A stretch of 45,689 bases of DNA from Nemertoderma westbladi (taxonomy: Eukaryota; Animalia; Xenacoelomorpha). Under the pieces are notes generated by a model, which saw only the letters and a list, made by a program, of their open reading frames with translations, did no database searches and was not told the origin of the DNA. The stretch spans positions 1 to 45,689 of the forward strand of contig JAUCBJ010001333.1 of assembly GCA_032718475.1 (NCBI GenBank). Direction: 5' to 3'. Positions 37,701-45,689 of this stretch are shown one piece after another (within the stretch, counting starts at the first letter, position 1; each line of letters begins with the position of its first letter). The position numbers were made by a program, and so were the translations under genes.

Positions 37701-40700
37701 ATTGCCATTTTCAATTAGAAGAATCGGATTATTTGGATGGGCGTCGTGATCCTGAGTTACGTGGCCCTAATGAGCAACCTTTGGATTGTAACACTCGAGT
37801 TATAGAGTTCAAATGTGTTGGCGTTGGTCAAACAGTTGTACGAACTTTTAACATTAGAAATCCTTGTAAATATCCATTAAAATTTGTTTGGAATCACACT
37901 GACGGACAGAAGTCTCAAGTTCATTTTCGCTGTCTCACTGCGAATGGTACAATAGGACCTGGAAAAGAACAAGCTGTTAGCTTGGAATTTCAGTCGTCCA
38001 TTATTGGAATTGTGGAATCCTTTTGGATGTTCAGAATAATTGCTCATGGAATTGATGTACCGTTTCTTTTAGTTGGTGACACTATTGAACCTTTAATCGC
38101 ATTTGATCGTTTGTATTTAAATTTCAAGAATCTGCTTGTGGGCAGAAAATTCTCAGAAACAATATACATCACAAACAGTGAAGACACGCCTTTTAATTTC
38201 TCATTTGATCAAGATACCTTGTATTCTGCGGCCCATGATGTCCAAATCGAGGCACTACCTCTGAAGGGAACAGTTTTACCGAGATCCAAGTTCGCCGTAG
38301 AACTTTATTTGACGACGATCAGGGATGAAGAAGTGATATTTCATGTCAAAGCAAAAGTTCAACACAAACCATCGCCACTGAGGATCACTGTGAAAGCCCA
38401 GGGTTATTCACTAACTTCACAATTGCTTATAGTGGATGGAGATAATACCATTGAATTAGGCCACAATTCCATTGAGGAACTCAATCTTGGTAAAGTGGAA
38501 GTGAAGGACAATGTTTTTAGGTATTTTCAGATCGTCAACACTTGTCCTTATACACTCACATACAATTGGTCCATAGATAATGCTCCTAAAGGGATCACTA
38601 TGACACCAATGAGTGGATTCGTTACCGCAGACAAACATACTCAGTGTGAATTAAATTTTATTCCAACTAAAGTTTGCGAACTCAATGGCTCCAATTTGAA
38701 ACTTGCTATAGTTAACGGGCCTGTTTATCATATAGCATTAATTGGCCAATCTGTGGCACCTTTGCTGAAATTGTCTTTCTCTAAGTATGATTTTGGTTTT
38801 ACATTTGTTTATCAAGCGGGCATGAAGGTGAAGTCTAAGGAATTGGAGATAACAAACAGCGACGATAAGGACATAAGTATTGAATGTCTCTCCACTGAGA
38901 GTGATTATTTGAAGTTTAAATTCGAACCAATATTACTTTCCCCTGGCAAAAGTGTAAAAATGTTGTTAAAGTTCTACCCTCGGCAACCAATACGGTATTG
39001 TGAAACATTGTCATTTTTGGTTAATGGATTGACTGCAATTGATGTCCAAGTGTCTGGCAGTGGCTGTAAGTTCGCGGTAGAAATAGCTAATGGCAAACAG
39101 CGGTTGCGCAATATAGGAACTCTTAGAACAGGTCAAATATCTACACGTTCCCTGTCAATAGTCAATAGGTCGCCAACACCTGCTAGTTTTAATTTAATTT
39201 GCACCCCAGTTACCCAAGGTCTGTTAGCACCCGGGGTGTTAAACATTGCACCAAGTAGGGTTAATATTCCTGCGAAGGGAGGGGTGGCAGAGGTGCAGAT
39301 ACGATTCGCACCTAAATCCAGGATCGTTCAATTTGTTGAAGAAGTAATGCTCGAGATGGAGGATAATTACACAACGCCTCTGTTCGCCGTGACTGGGGCC
39401 TGTCAAGGAATCGAAGTCTCTTTGGATACATCGAGTATAGCGTTTGGTCCAGTGATGTTGCGCTCTCAATGTTCTAGAAAACTATTGATCTCAAATTCTG
39501 GAGATATGGGTACCGCTTTCCACTGGAACCCCGCCAATTTCGCTCCAGATTTCTCGATGTCGCCCAGCAACGGGTATCTTTCTCCAGGAATGAGTGTAAC
39601 ATTGCGGGTGATGTTCCACCCAGTTCGTGAGAACGCTGACATTCGATATGAGAACTTATACTGCGCGATAGAGGGCGCTAAACCTTTACATCTCATGTTA
39701 ACAGGAATGTGTATTGGACATCCACCTGTGCGAGAAGTGTTATCCTTCACTACAAACGTTCGCGATCCTATTATACGTAAAGTTAACATAACCAATACGA
39801 GTGTCCACGGCATAAAACCGTGGCTTCTCCAGCCTGTCATAGAAGGCGAGTATTTCTCTGGTGACGATACAATATCTATAGCAACAGGAGAAACTGAAAC
39901 TTACGAGATCACCTACTTACCATTGGAGATGACAAAGCAAGACAAACCGCATTCTGGTTCGTTGTTCGTGCCACTGCCCACGGGAACCGGGTTGCTATAC
40001 CAACTGGTCGGATTATCTGGCGAACCGAAACCAATAGCAACTGTAGTTAGGGACATCCCTTGCAAGACCGCTTACGTAGAGGTACTTCAGGTGCCTAACT
40101 GGTTGACCAATCGGCAACGTTTTAAGGTTGTTCGTGAACTCATTAAGCCTGAACGGTTGGAGCAGACTGTTAAACTTGAAGGCCTGGAGCACATACAGGT
40201 GCCAGCTCTCGGAGAAGCCAAATACAACTTGTCCTTCTTCTCATATCGTGAAACTTCACTTCATTTCAAGTTATTTTTTGTCAATGAGAGTAATGGGGAG
40301 TATTGTTTCTATGTTATCACCCTGCATGCTACACCACCTGGTGTGCTTGAAGCCTTTGAAATTCAGTGTCCAGTGAGAAAAACTAAAACACAAACTATAT
40401 CGTTGGAGAACCCAACTGCCTCAACAGTAACTTTTAATTGTCAGACACCCCTTCAGGAAGTTATGCTCCCGTCTTCATTTCAAATCCCGGCCATGACGTC
40501 CGTTCCATTAACCGTCGAATTCCAACCACTTCGAGTGGTGGAACAGGTCGGGAAGTTGTACCTGAACTGCAACGAACTCGGACTCTATACCTACCAGCTG
40601 AGTCTACAAGGTACCGCTCCAGCCAATGAGAAAGCGACGCACTTCCGGTGCGGACTTGGTTCCTCGCAATCTCAACAGGTTCACTTCCACAACTTATTTA

Positions 40701-41236
40701 AGAGCAAAACTGAATTTTCCTGTAAAGTCTTGCAGCAAAATCCGAACGATAAACCGGAATTTCTTGTTGATAAAACGGTGACGGGAGCTGGAAGTAGCGG
40801 GGCTAGTGGAACCGAGATCTCGTTGGATGTTCTATACGAACCAACCATGAAAGGAAACACTCGGGCCCATCTATTGGTCCAATCACCTCAGGCGGGGGAT
40901 TTTAATTTCGCTTTATTCGGGATTTGTACCGAATCTCCACCGCAAGGCCCTTTCCTAGTAAAACTCGGACATACGACCGCGGTCCCGGTAAAGAACATAT
41001 TCCACTCGACGCAGCACTTTACCTTTACAACTCAACCCGATTGCTTCGCCGTGAAGGGAAGCAGCGCCGAAGGTATCAGAGCCAAAAAAATTCATTACGT
41101 GAACATTTCATTCGATTCCACCGATAGAACTGCGACGAAGCTCGGGACTCTCACGGCTACCTGCGCCAAGTCCACCGACATTGGGGGGGACGTAGTAACC
41201 TGGGTCTACTACCTCAAAGGCGTCGTCGATAAATAA
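25703..41236 (+). CDS. HYDIN: Hydin (axonemal central-pair protein), ~5177 aa, encoded by a single uninterrupted ORF
   Basis: LFQPFPSEVTFQ..LRNMDHVPRLVKV start of the conserved region, many ASH/Ig-like repeats (FG..+..+.N), an adenylate-kinase-like P-loop GVAIIVNGGPLSGKT at ~31961-32005 followed by coiled coil, and the C-terminus WVYYLKG. The first ATG is at 25703 (the track starts at GTG 25697). Confidence 0.96.
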   Translation: MINVRVNSPPRGPLTERSQIPKHPAIQDGVRAKSGNPAGTRMKRNKAPRNPRLVNPAKLEGLSEVKLKPSVYMQRQLMTTEQLLNSTVEVQVTKIIQLLDIGQKSFQKLCSLPLESCLFQPFPSEVTFQHCQPCQPYQVGLQLRNMDHVPRLVKVNCEDSSYFKIVRPPHAGDKVAPGMAVTYKIVFIGDESKDYYYEVEVFTERELFIVPVRVIGPRAILDFPDDVDMLMCPVKHTTTRTLLIRNLGNREARFNVESHLPFQVEPASATLDVGHCMQVNVAFHPLNTGEHTTYIIVHYDTGEDVYMKVFASASDANIRIDKSTIHMPKTYIGLRSERFFSISNRSDIIVNFQWKRYETEAEEDAEINQVVSSLHKALSRDNLDSENEEDKLFTERQRIKQLTPSKDDFAFLDNEYSITPINGEIWPGQSAECSIVFQPEVVVESNLAAWLDVSGVEKRLGVKIYGEGVGPWCELSYDELDVGYVFMNSSSSYEIILKNRGQIDAYYRILSDNSFCQFSPEENPVNAGGYQAIQLMVCSPVIGVFKEEFFFEINDSPDKLRLSVTGTIAGPTFNFDVSEINFGNVAFGFPQTKVFELTNTSYIPMNFELRVPTDGSDVVAVEAESDEAVWNYNIDPFTKPKEFTIIPDSGTLAPMDSCPVTITMLSNTAKKYVNDTLVVRIVDMAQDVALLPIKCRCYVPELYITNPIIEYGKCFMHSPTAGFLTITNPTEFPAKYNLIEQSHMESSMILYESSAPSGIIAANSSFDLPITIRAQLKDHLQVGAYLSTFGSPDRPMQVILRAFGLGPVVFVASNELDYGTIPVLTEAIKRVTLENESPIAATYTCFLMQSTNSVFSVYPAQGILHPKSTLQINVVCFINDDIKCKDQLKIVFVDGLTHVIPLYAKGIGTTIEITPKLVPSYDLGPQFSTLPIKNELLIKNSGRRAQCLIFKTKGYSLSKTSQVTMDPFDIKKSESGVSLSPTFAINPCRIELQPGESITAYLEGYCKELKCVKETITCDTIFEGKGPKKTIMNIDVLAEFVEPCVQLSHQFINFRIDCCLGEVPQLQTMSLAITNITPLPLHMTLDICHPFYFKVDKDLVNIVNVSADPANFASVCVAFDSDYVQDRHCRIAKGLLTIKYRGNPTIHTIDVTGEVNFPNIEFSTKSIDFGSILNNTESTAVLRMTNNSPVDVKFAWTFLDPVKISYFQKPQNLMDTDNMDTIDHGVSSGDNFVDIDTVDNCDVEPELQVEENLAEEIRVYGGNDGGLNLGIPIEEIDDNLSQNDNIGVNFEGDNNTGEIANDFLANDGNLLSTSEERESTAMPHDSDEIIDSDPQITNVLNVDEVFDILPMFGRLAPSEAMTSVVTFYGHPEIQAESTAICSVEGGPDYNITLCGTASSMGFEIDHFEHDFGKVRFDEQCSAEFLIFNKGKVPLPFNVLTQNFAESGITNILPSVGIIDVEANEVVIRITLIPGIPEYFRVTIKLQVAHFEPCELIMFGIGTFPNIKLNIPRQYDSDNATLCELKNSISKRFEGDKVVKNSIKGALDNLLMPGIKESCVVEDPPYSLHDEVENLLVKQYAENPEHTSLSEVVFPDYIIEFGYVILGDVKSQLVTLQNDGYLPVSFSTDKSALESSGFTANISRVKGLPGFPSCGTHEFIVKFDPRCANLQEGYVEVSMLFNLTNGPTIRLIMKATVTSPCLSIAQPYSDFGSVLCGQCKIVTMQLCNNESVACEWEVIYPPGPRIKIDKHLPMHLKPKQKPFKLNMKTFELLPSKGVIFPGAKMNVQIKFMPTEEKVYDVKLPIRVDCSAQIVGIRLSGTGIEPKLIFSSTNLTFGPVLPFSEGQYLSISVKNPTAHPIEFYSLEFDKQYLEEEKILRMMTGYDSYNNIILPPRVPGESLPSELLEFFMLFKQKQAELSKVQEWKDRSASALADSSVHDDRTLSATSSSKSSKEIMARGSGRKISPAPPTVSYPQTEQQPTTIERIEASELEYVPAVLEEDAEKEIPAEVGYATPLSGDKLQSRDTNTKENGVRAPEVSIPGTGRESAIDKVTGIGQLEMTPVSASIAKYLGIDLSPEGKAAELRRGVAIIVNGGPLSGKTQMSVELGKRYSANVLTIDDIILEAIISKYETPSGSQALEICAAAATQYKGEQDAEALADVINDTADMHLPATKQLKGAAEVHYEQPSKQHKMVTEIQNVEKHKDTSRIQTPVEVPQLPPLPFGKIIEFDDPKVAKDGLRTTHLPEHVIVQILAERFQAADCFNGIIIDGLKSWFCPTISTSAMYILKAFNNRKYLYIVSLKRDFESLQAYENNKKREAELADIEYERLTRQAIHDLSEDCYDNLTDDQKSIIDNKQLAINKERLRLEHEKLEREKKQRELEALIKAQKLEEERLAKKRGKKVALSSKPRGTGEEAIAEQRKGKHDDDHENIKRKKGNKTFTTDVVEEVEEPQLTESEIHLHQLYKEFNTGFKEIMKVSDRWNRVELSVNRPLTPVEYRQPDDTNKFSKKKGKVKGKAVEHDIDKGKDSKELKDSLPIDNPTETPTDGERPDDGDGFVNIGIPHIVVNMNNSCADIISKFFETNLLPDSDEVLEGLGLGPDGPPVPPPATFSMVPFPVKRTMSDIAESSKFTFVAAHSNDLNIYPGAKQPPTPEPEFEENRSVTATPPKSKGKRQEKRAHSVTKDKKPRRSSSIVTSASKKEPEIDEPPVEIHQRDIHDGKPKPLQYYRWIVNADSEISLKLHFSSIERGTFDQTYNFELVGTRRKYQLHSRGICSFPNISTEPRVLYPARKRTQKEGDIVKKKFIGDTNTFEFGPLIIGKSRDKYIDGVFPENVANLTIFNNSPLLSEITFCFKNDTNSTTFMLHPVSMLIPSNERTELKVWAYPKTVGRFTDEIIGCIRDNPEPVVISISCDGVQPRLELPSKIINFEKVLIHRRETKTLIFRNVTLLPVGWKLIGVDQMRDEFSLDHEQGVVEPLSDFTLNAHYRSTKPAIIKRNLKLEVFDTERILGTIQTETLQIIGEAYDVSVDIQFNKTPDGCLDFGTIKVGDEAKNTLTIKNKGKYEVMYHLHVIPGGKQWPDLRKVFNVSPAKATLNPADRPLTITISFHSINELLFSNDPILQCTIIEPSINGGVEIARIPIKISAKSVFSKYQISPLSDINFGPVQLHTKLQKTLTIENKGCFEFKYLITRVQKEDIHKDDKKRNLKSDTTKTKSQSKSATGKTKRSETGSRAEGPGPVQTRLILDTFTIYPAHGTVVPGNTQQIQIEFSADQSGECLENLMIDILDRDPADNAKGIPYKLLAESFVPGINVSDYGLIYDEHMLCTNFSAWIASQSTALQSKTNDLSDAENVSTVFLLEENRFMFTNIIVGYSATARFRISNPYKVPVDVAFVIKNQNIPGIREGAKSSRQQQVASQDAFDLQPSRANISAHSHIYVTVTFSPSIIMNYNATFETSIEGISTSLQKSRNLTFNISGEGSMPRVKVVNPTTRTSQSAPLLRYSKLAIGRNESHIVTLENIGQLPSKISLDIFDEDSAFRIILPDTIRSLETSVSQHCAVFQLSSGTQITFNVIFEPKNVGKYHAKIKVSVEDNFFEDVEILCLGDAFDDVLLIEEIHLPINFALPQENEDVLKITSDIEALPSNFLNFGMVYFNSVMQATFTISNTSDKNFKFSAPSLSYLTFSPSIGHLHSHCRKDITVTVNYNKPINLRYEAIPFDFIELEYDQPLDEVEDWDDRKCVVKWIDIDVPAEPSVASKTSSRKKVAIEKQKVDVSNTALAVKRPTKRKVLEIDQEPKHNTAEDTRRDLDLSISLLMDYCKYRLRAESSIQFKDTLMFMTRVYEFDMENIGSMVIDYTWTVVLDKLKYKRCESSAESINTLTPRTVQFNHPPITPRLEPMSSKIQTLPTSRAQSSCSSVKDLSLCQDEYPISEEHISEIQSPFTIEPEYGFIGPGKKQRFKLMFSPVDVTEYSAQLLCSIPNLEVGDQQPMISLKALSLLPYCHFQLEESDYLDGRRDPELRGPNEQPLDCNTRVIEFKCVGVGQTVVRTFNIRNPCKYPLKFVWNHTDGQKSQVHFRCLTANGTIGPGKEQAVSLEFQSSIIGIVESFWMFRIIAHGIDVPFLLVGDTIEPLIAFDRLYLNFKNLLVGRKFSETIYITNSEDTPFNFSFDQDTLYSAAHDVQIEALPLKGTVLPRSKFAVELYLTTIRDEEVIFHVKAKVQHKPSPLRITVKAQGYSLTSQLLIVDGDNTIELGHNSIEELNLGKVEVKDNVFRYFQIVNTCPYTLTYNWSIDNAPKGITMTPMSGFVTADKHTQCELNFIPTKVCELNGSNLKLAIVNGPVYHIALIGQSVAPLLKLSFSKYDFGFTFVYQAGMKVKSKELEITNSDDKDISIECLSTESDYLKFKFEPILLSPGKSVKMLLKFYPRQPIRYCETLSFLVNGLTAIDVQVSGSGCKFAVEIANGKQRLRNIGTLRTGQISTRSLSIVNRSPTPASFNLICTPVTQGLLAPGVLNIAPSRVNIPAKGGVAEVQIRFAPKSRIVQFVEEVMLEMEDNYTTPLFAVTGACQGIEVSLDTSSIAFGPVMLRSQCSRKLLISNSGDMGTAFHWNPANFAPDFSMSPSNGYLSPGMSVTLRVMFHPVRENADIRYENLYCAIEGAKPLHLMLTGMCIGHPPVREVLSFTTNVRDPIIRKVNITNTSVHGIKPWLLQPVIEGEYFSGDDTISIATGETETYEITYLPLEMTKQDKPHSGSLFVPLPTGTGLLYQLVGLSGEPKPIATVVRDIPCKTAYVEVLQVPNWLTNRQRFKVVRELIKPERLEQTVKLEGLEHIQVPALGEAKYNLSFFSYRETSLHFKLFFVNESNGEYCFYVITLHATPPGVLEAFEIQCPVRKTKTQTISLENPTASTVTFNCQTPLQEVMLPSSFQIPAMTSVPLTVEFQPLRVVEQVGKLYLNCNELGLYTYQLSLQGTAPANEKATHFRCGLGSSQSQQVHFHNLFKSKTEFSCKVLQQNPNDKPEFLVDKTVTGAGSSGASGTEISLDVLYEPTMKGNTRAHLLVQSPQAGDFNFALFGICTESPPQGPFLVKLGHTTAVPVKNIFHSTQHFTFTTQPDCFAVKGSSAEGIRAKKIHYVNISFDSTDRTATKLGTLTATCAKSTDIGGDVVTWVYYLKGVVDK

Positions 41237-41491
41237 CTTAGTTTGTTCTTTTATTTTGGAAATATGAGGCATATAGTGTGGGAAATGCGGATAAAACAAA
41301 TAGTCGCGAAGTTGTTGCTCGGGTGTTGGGGCCTTCAACATTATGCTGCAACAAAAACATCCAGCCTAAATTAACAAACAATCTACCAAATTTAATCATT
41401 CCGTCTAGTCTTAGGTTAATAATGATTATTGCAACCATTGAACGTGATAATTAATTAAATAATATATATACTGAAATGTACCCATTTACTA

Positions 41492-41497
41492 AATAAA
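41492..41497 (+). terminator. Candidate HYDIN polyadenylation signal
   Basis: AATAAA ~255 nt after the stop, followed by T-rich sequence. The AT-rich context makes a chance match possible. Confidence 0.35.
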
Positions 41498-42199
41498 TTA
41501 TATTTATTTTACTTTCGGTTTTATACTGTGCTGTTAGTCCGTTTTCCACATTTAGTTTCCTGTAAATATTTTATTAATTTGTATCATACCGGTTTGGTTT
41601 CTTATTAAATAATTGTTTGATTATATTACTACGTTATTATTCTGACATTCCCTCATTATAATTTTTTAATTTGTATAAGTTTGAAGTTCTTGCACGTATC
41701 AAAAACATGACATGAAAAAAATAAGAAAAAATTATTAAGATTGTGCAGATAATAACCAAATGTGCATTGGCTTCCACGTGGGATCGAACTGGTGACTTTT
41801 AGGTTGGGATTCTAGGGTCTCACCATTCCCATGGCAGCGAACCTTTATTATGTTTGATATGATAATACCAACAGATGCACAGTAGATAATTAAATAGTCA
41901 TTTGCCACTAAATATATCTCAACTATAATAGTCATTTAACCAAGGATAAATTAATTTTCCGCTATAGAGATATTGAATGCTGAGGTCAAACAAGCATCAA
42001 ACGCGATATCATAGAGAGTGTAAGACTAATTCAGCGATAATTATTGTTAATATCCACCCAGCTATAGGGCTGAAGTTACTGCATAGCTTGACACGTTCGT
42101 GGAGCCTTCGCGCAGCACAAGGCTGCATATGCACGAAGTTAGGTTTAATTTCATCAATGATTGACCGCTACTAACTAGTGCTATTTAAATTAAATGTGA

Positions 42200-42710
42200 C
42201 AATTTTAGTTTTACAATACTCGCATCATTCATTAGCCTCGTTGCGCTCACCCTGTTTTGTCCCAAAATATTTTTCTAAAACGATGACTGACGACCTTTAT
42301 AACTATGCATAACTCAATTTATAACTGATGATTTATGGCAGATGGATACTCGTATCCTCTGAAAAACTCATTGCGTTCGTCCTGTACAAGATGGTCACCA
42401 AATATTTCTTGCAACATTCCATTATCAGTACTAAACAAAATGTTACATACTAAACCACGGGGTTTACGAGTAGTGTAAACAATACTCGTTATATAGGAGC
42501 ATAGTCAACACAGACTCGTCTTCCTTACAACCATCGTTGCACTCGTCCTGTACATCTGGTCGCCAAATAACTAGCATAAAACATTCTACTACCACCGGTA
42601 CGGATCAAAATGACATGTCGTCCAATATGCAAAATCAGGTTGTTTACGAGTATAGTTAACACAATACAAATCTTATCCTTCATTATCCTCGTTGCGCTCG
42701 TCTTAAAGGC
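42200..42710. repeat. Old degenerate ~165-bp tandem repeat, ~3 copies
   Basis: ctcgttgcgctc, cgtcctgtaca..tggtc.ccaaata and tttacgagta motifs recur at similar spacing. Confidence 0.5.
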
Positions 42711-43140
42711 CCCACGCAAATTTTATTTGGAAAATTTGTAAAATTTTGCCAAAAAACATGTATACCATGTTTGGTTTAATTTTATCCAAATTTTCAAATT
42801 TCCAATTTCCAATTCAACGACAGACAAGACAACTCGTTAATGGTACCCCATTGCTAAGGCTTCGCTCACTTCGTGGCTCGCCCCACAGTTCAAATTATAG
42901 ATTGTTTCGAAAGTTACACAACCTCCACTTCGCACTCTTTTTAGTGGTCTAACTAAGCATGTAGTCGTGCTCATTCAATATACAATGTCCTTCTATCATC
43001 ATACGAAAATTCATAGCATTTGTTTTTTTTTATGAGAAAAATAGAAGAAGGGGGGGGGGGGGGGGGGGGTTCGGAAAGATAATAATTGTGTATAAGATAT
43101 ATGAATTCCACATTTATATAAATTATATTTTACATCGCAG

Positions 43141-43237
43141 GTATTAAAGACCGCCAACAACATTCAGCCTCAATTATCACAAACAATCCCAGCCAATCAT
43201 TACTCGAGTAACGAGCCTTCTGGAGCCAGTGATGCAG
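43141..43237 (+). CDS. CEP126: Exon E of the CEP126-like gene (97 bp)
   Basis: Acceptor attttacatcgCAG ending 43140. Open frame VLKTANNIQPQLSQTIPANHYSSNEPSGASDA. Donor CAG|GTATAA at 43238. It converts phase 0 to phase 1, exactly as needed between exons D and F. Confidence 0.68.
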
Positions 43238-43861
43238 GTATAAATTATATTATTTTATCTATAAAAAATTACTTTTTTGTACTAAAATTGGTCGAAAACA
43301 ACACGAGAAAGTACCGTACTGCTTCCACGCAATATTATCACTTTCTATTGATAAATTTGTGATGAAAGTAAAAGTTAGCTCAGAGCGTAGGAGCTGTGTT
43401 TTTATTATTAATAAATATCATAAATATTTAAAACTTATTTATTAAATTTTTCATTAATGTACATATTTTATTTTGCACTCCGTTTTACTTATTACATCAG
43501 TTACCCACCGCATAATAATTAGGCAGTTTTAATTAAATTTTAGATATATTACTGCGATACTTATTTTAAAGTTCGTCAATCATGCAACAAATTAATATTA
43601 ATATTTACATTTCACACCTTTATTATGTTTTTATGTATATATTTATTTTATTTTAAACAATATTTCATTTAACATTAGTCTATCAGTTTTATATATTACA
43701 TATTTGAATAGTCCATATGGGATTAATTCAGTATGTAAGAAAGAATCCACTAATTTAATATAATTATATATGAAACAGCAAAAATTATAACAATTACTGT
43801 AATTTAAATACACTTTAGTTATATTCACTTAAACACATATATATTAACTAAAGTACTGAGT

Positions 43862-45120
43862 TCAGCCATATTGCGTGGCGATTTCGTTGCCACGCAGCCC
43901 GGCTCCATCTCCGAAACCTAGACCCCGCCAAGATCGCCGTCCTCCGCGGAGACACAGGGAGCTAGACCGGAGAAGGGCGAATCGAAGGCGCCGTCTCACT
44001 CCACCCAGGACACTTGCGAGGCCCCTCTCGCGCATGCGGTCACGTTTAGCCACCAAGACCTCGGCAATGTTGCGTATCAAGATCTGGCCCTCTTGGCACC
44101 AGACACCATCGGTTCCTACGAGGGGGGAGAAGGACATCCTCCTTTCCTCACATACTGTATGGTAGTGGCGCTTTTTAAAGCGACCCCATTCATCCAGCAG
44201 AGGTTCGGTGGATCGGTTGTTGTGGACATAGGAGTGGGCGTCAGCGTGAATGACCGCGATGTCAAACGACGCCACCCTCTGTGGTGTCCATATTCCCCTG
44301 CCCGAACTCCCCCAACTTCGATCCCGGCGCTGTCTAGGTGGCCACGTGATAGGGTTACCTCCCGCTCTACACCCGATGGACCAATGGCAGACGAAAGAAG
44401 TTCACCAAACACTTCTTGAACCTCATCATGTCGTTTCACGATGAGCCCGCCTGACTTACAGCTCAGAGCGTGGGTTGTAGAAAACTCGCCTCCACAACCC
44501 TCACACCTTGCTGGAAGCCCGGGGGGGGGGGCAGGCCGTAACGTGGCGCGAGATTGTCGCGGAATTCCTCAGCGCTGAGGTCTGTGTGATCGATAATCGA
44601 AGGCTGGGCAGTCAACCAACCCCCTGTACGGTTGTGCACCGTGCGATCGTATTGGATTGCTTCCCGGGTGAGTATCTTCCTCATCAACAACGTGCCTTGA
44701 CTCATCGTTGTCACTCTCTGACGACTTGGTAGTATCAAGCATCTCTACGTATAGCTGGGACTCACCAACCCCTGGCAAATCGCGGAGGTTGCGGATTAGT
44801 GGCAACACAGCACAGCCATATCCCATTATTGCCGCGGGGTCGCCCTGAGTCCAACCCTCGCGACTCCATAATGGTTGGTCGCACCCATGAACATAGAGGG
44901 CGGCATGACCGTTGTAGGAGTTGAAGAGGAATCGCGATGCACGGTGCCAAAGGACACGGCAATTCCACAGTGCAGTTGGACGACTGATGGAATTAAATGC
45001 GTTCTTCGCGTCCACTAGTAGCATTCCCTCAGACTCGACATCATTGAAGGCAATGTTCTTGGCATAAACTGCCCCCTCTATGCCTGCCTTCACACCAGCA
45101 CAGAGTTGAGACCAGCACAC
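43862..45120 (-). mobile_element. Degenerate, internally deleted CRE-clade-like non-LTR retrotransposon (RT, zinc knuckle, restriction-like endonuclease)
   Basis: QLCAGVKAGIEGAV, LVDAKNAFNSISR, EGWTQGDP, GGWLT..LSAEEFRD, RHDEV and FDIAV...K.RHY...FSPLV in shifting frames. The YxDD segment is missing. Confidence 0.85.
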
Positions 45121-45317
45121 ATTAATTCAGTATTGTTATTGTTGTATTAATTATTGTGTTAAAATTAATTTAGATAATATCAATTATAATTTACCCCGAT
45201 TGGGGGTGTATCTATAAAAAAAATAATTATTTTACTTTTTGCCGCGAAATTAATGCCATCGTAAGATTAAGAGTAAATATTAATTAGCCGTTCACATCTG
45301 GTAACAATATGTTTCAG

Positions 45318-45500
45318 TGACGGACAGTTTGCATCAGTTCCTAACGGCGGAGAACCTAGCCCGACGTGGGTTCACGGACGCCCAGATACTCGCCGCCATG
45401 GATATCGCAGCCCGACACAGAAGTCGGGGTACTACGGGTTTGTCCCTAGAGGAACAGAGAGTACTGGAGAGTATAGAACAGCTGAATCACCGGTTAAAAG
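45318..45500 (+). CDS. CEP126: Exon F of the CEP126-like gene (conserved C-terminal block)
   Basis: Acceptor gtttcAG ending 45317. Reads VTDSLHQFLTAENL...LSLEEQRVLESIEQLNHRLK, resembling CEP126 EFLMAENL...LSAEEQKILESL..LNERL (recalled). Donor AG|GTAAAT at 45501. Confidence 0.78.
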
Positions 45501-45689
45501 GTAAATAACATTGAGACTCGTTATTGTAAATAAACTAGTCAGAATGTGCTGAGGTTTATATGCGGATAAGTTACTGGTCAGATATTTTATATTTTACATT
45601 TACCATCATTCTCAATCGGGTAAGACTCATCAATTATCAATCGTTTATGTTATTCAATTGTGTAAGAGTAAATTATACGTGAATGAATG

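Noticed and set aside
25756-41438. Short antisense and alternate-frame ORFs within HYDIN
   Set aside because: They are expected shadows of a long coding frame with no recognisable motifs.
22450-43068. Poly-G/poly-C tracts (22450, 24349, 43049; also 1823, 15135, 15323)
   Set aside because: They are simple homopolymers of uncertain length in the assembly, with no consistent positional pattern.
13607-45520. Junction arrays at the donors of exons D, E and F
   Set aside because: I looked and found no convincing tandem copies, so the pattern covers three of the six donors visible.

Overview
AT-rich animal (invertebrate-like) nuclear DNA; the taxon cannot be fixed from the sequence. A + strand multi-exon gene resembling centrosomal CEP126/KIAA1377 spans almost the whole window. 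Six exons (3863-5854, 6794-7328, 11633-11774, 13482-13606, 43141-43237, 45318-45500) splice GT-AG with matching phases into one open frame. The ~29.5-kb intron 13607-43140 holds two intronless nested genes: a synaptotagmin-like C2 protein on the minus strand and a 15.5-kb single-ORF HYDIN on the same strand as the host. Three consecutive 5' splice sites of the host have each been amplified into a tandem array whose unit is exon tail + GT donor + intron head: ~48 bp degenerate, 44 bp x ~73 near-perfect, and 48 bp x 30 in frame. The introns also carry RTE-like and CRE-like non-LTR fragments, MITE/foldback elements and tRNA-like SINE heads. Coding exons are studded with X-box, CRE and CTCF-like motifs. 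All family assignments come from motif recognition by eye, not from database searches.
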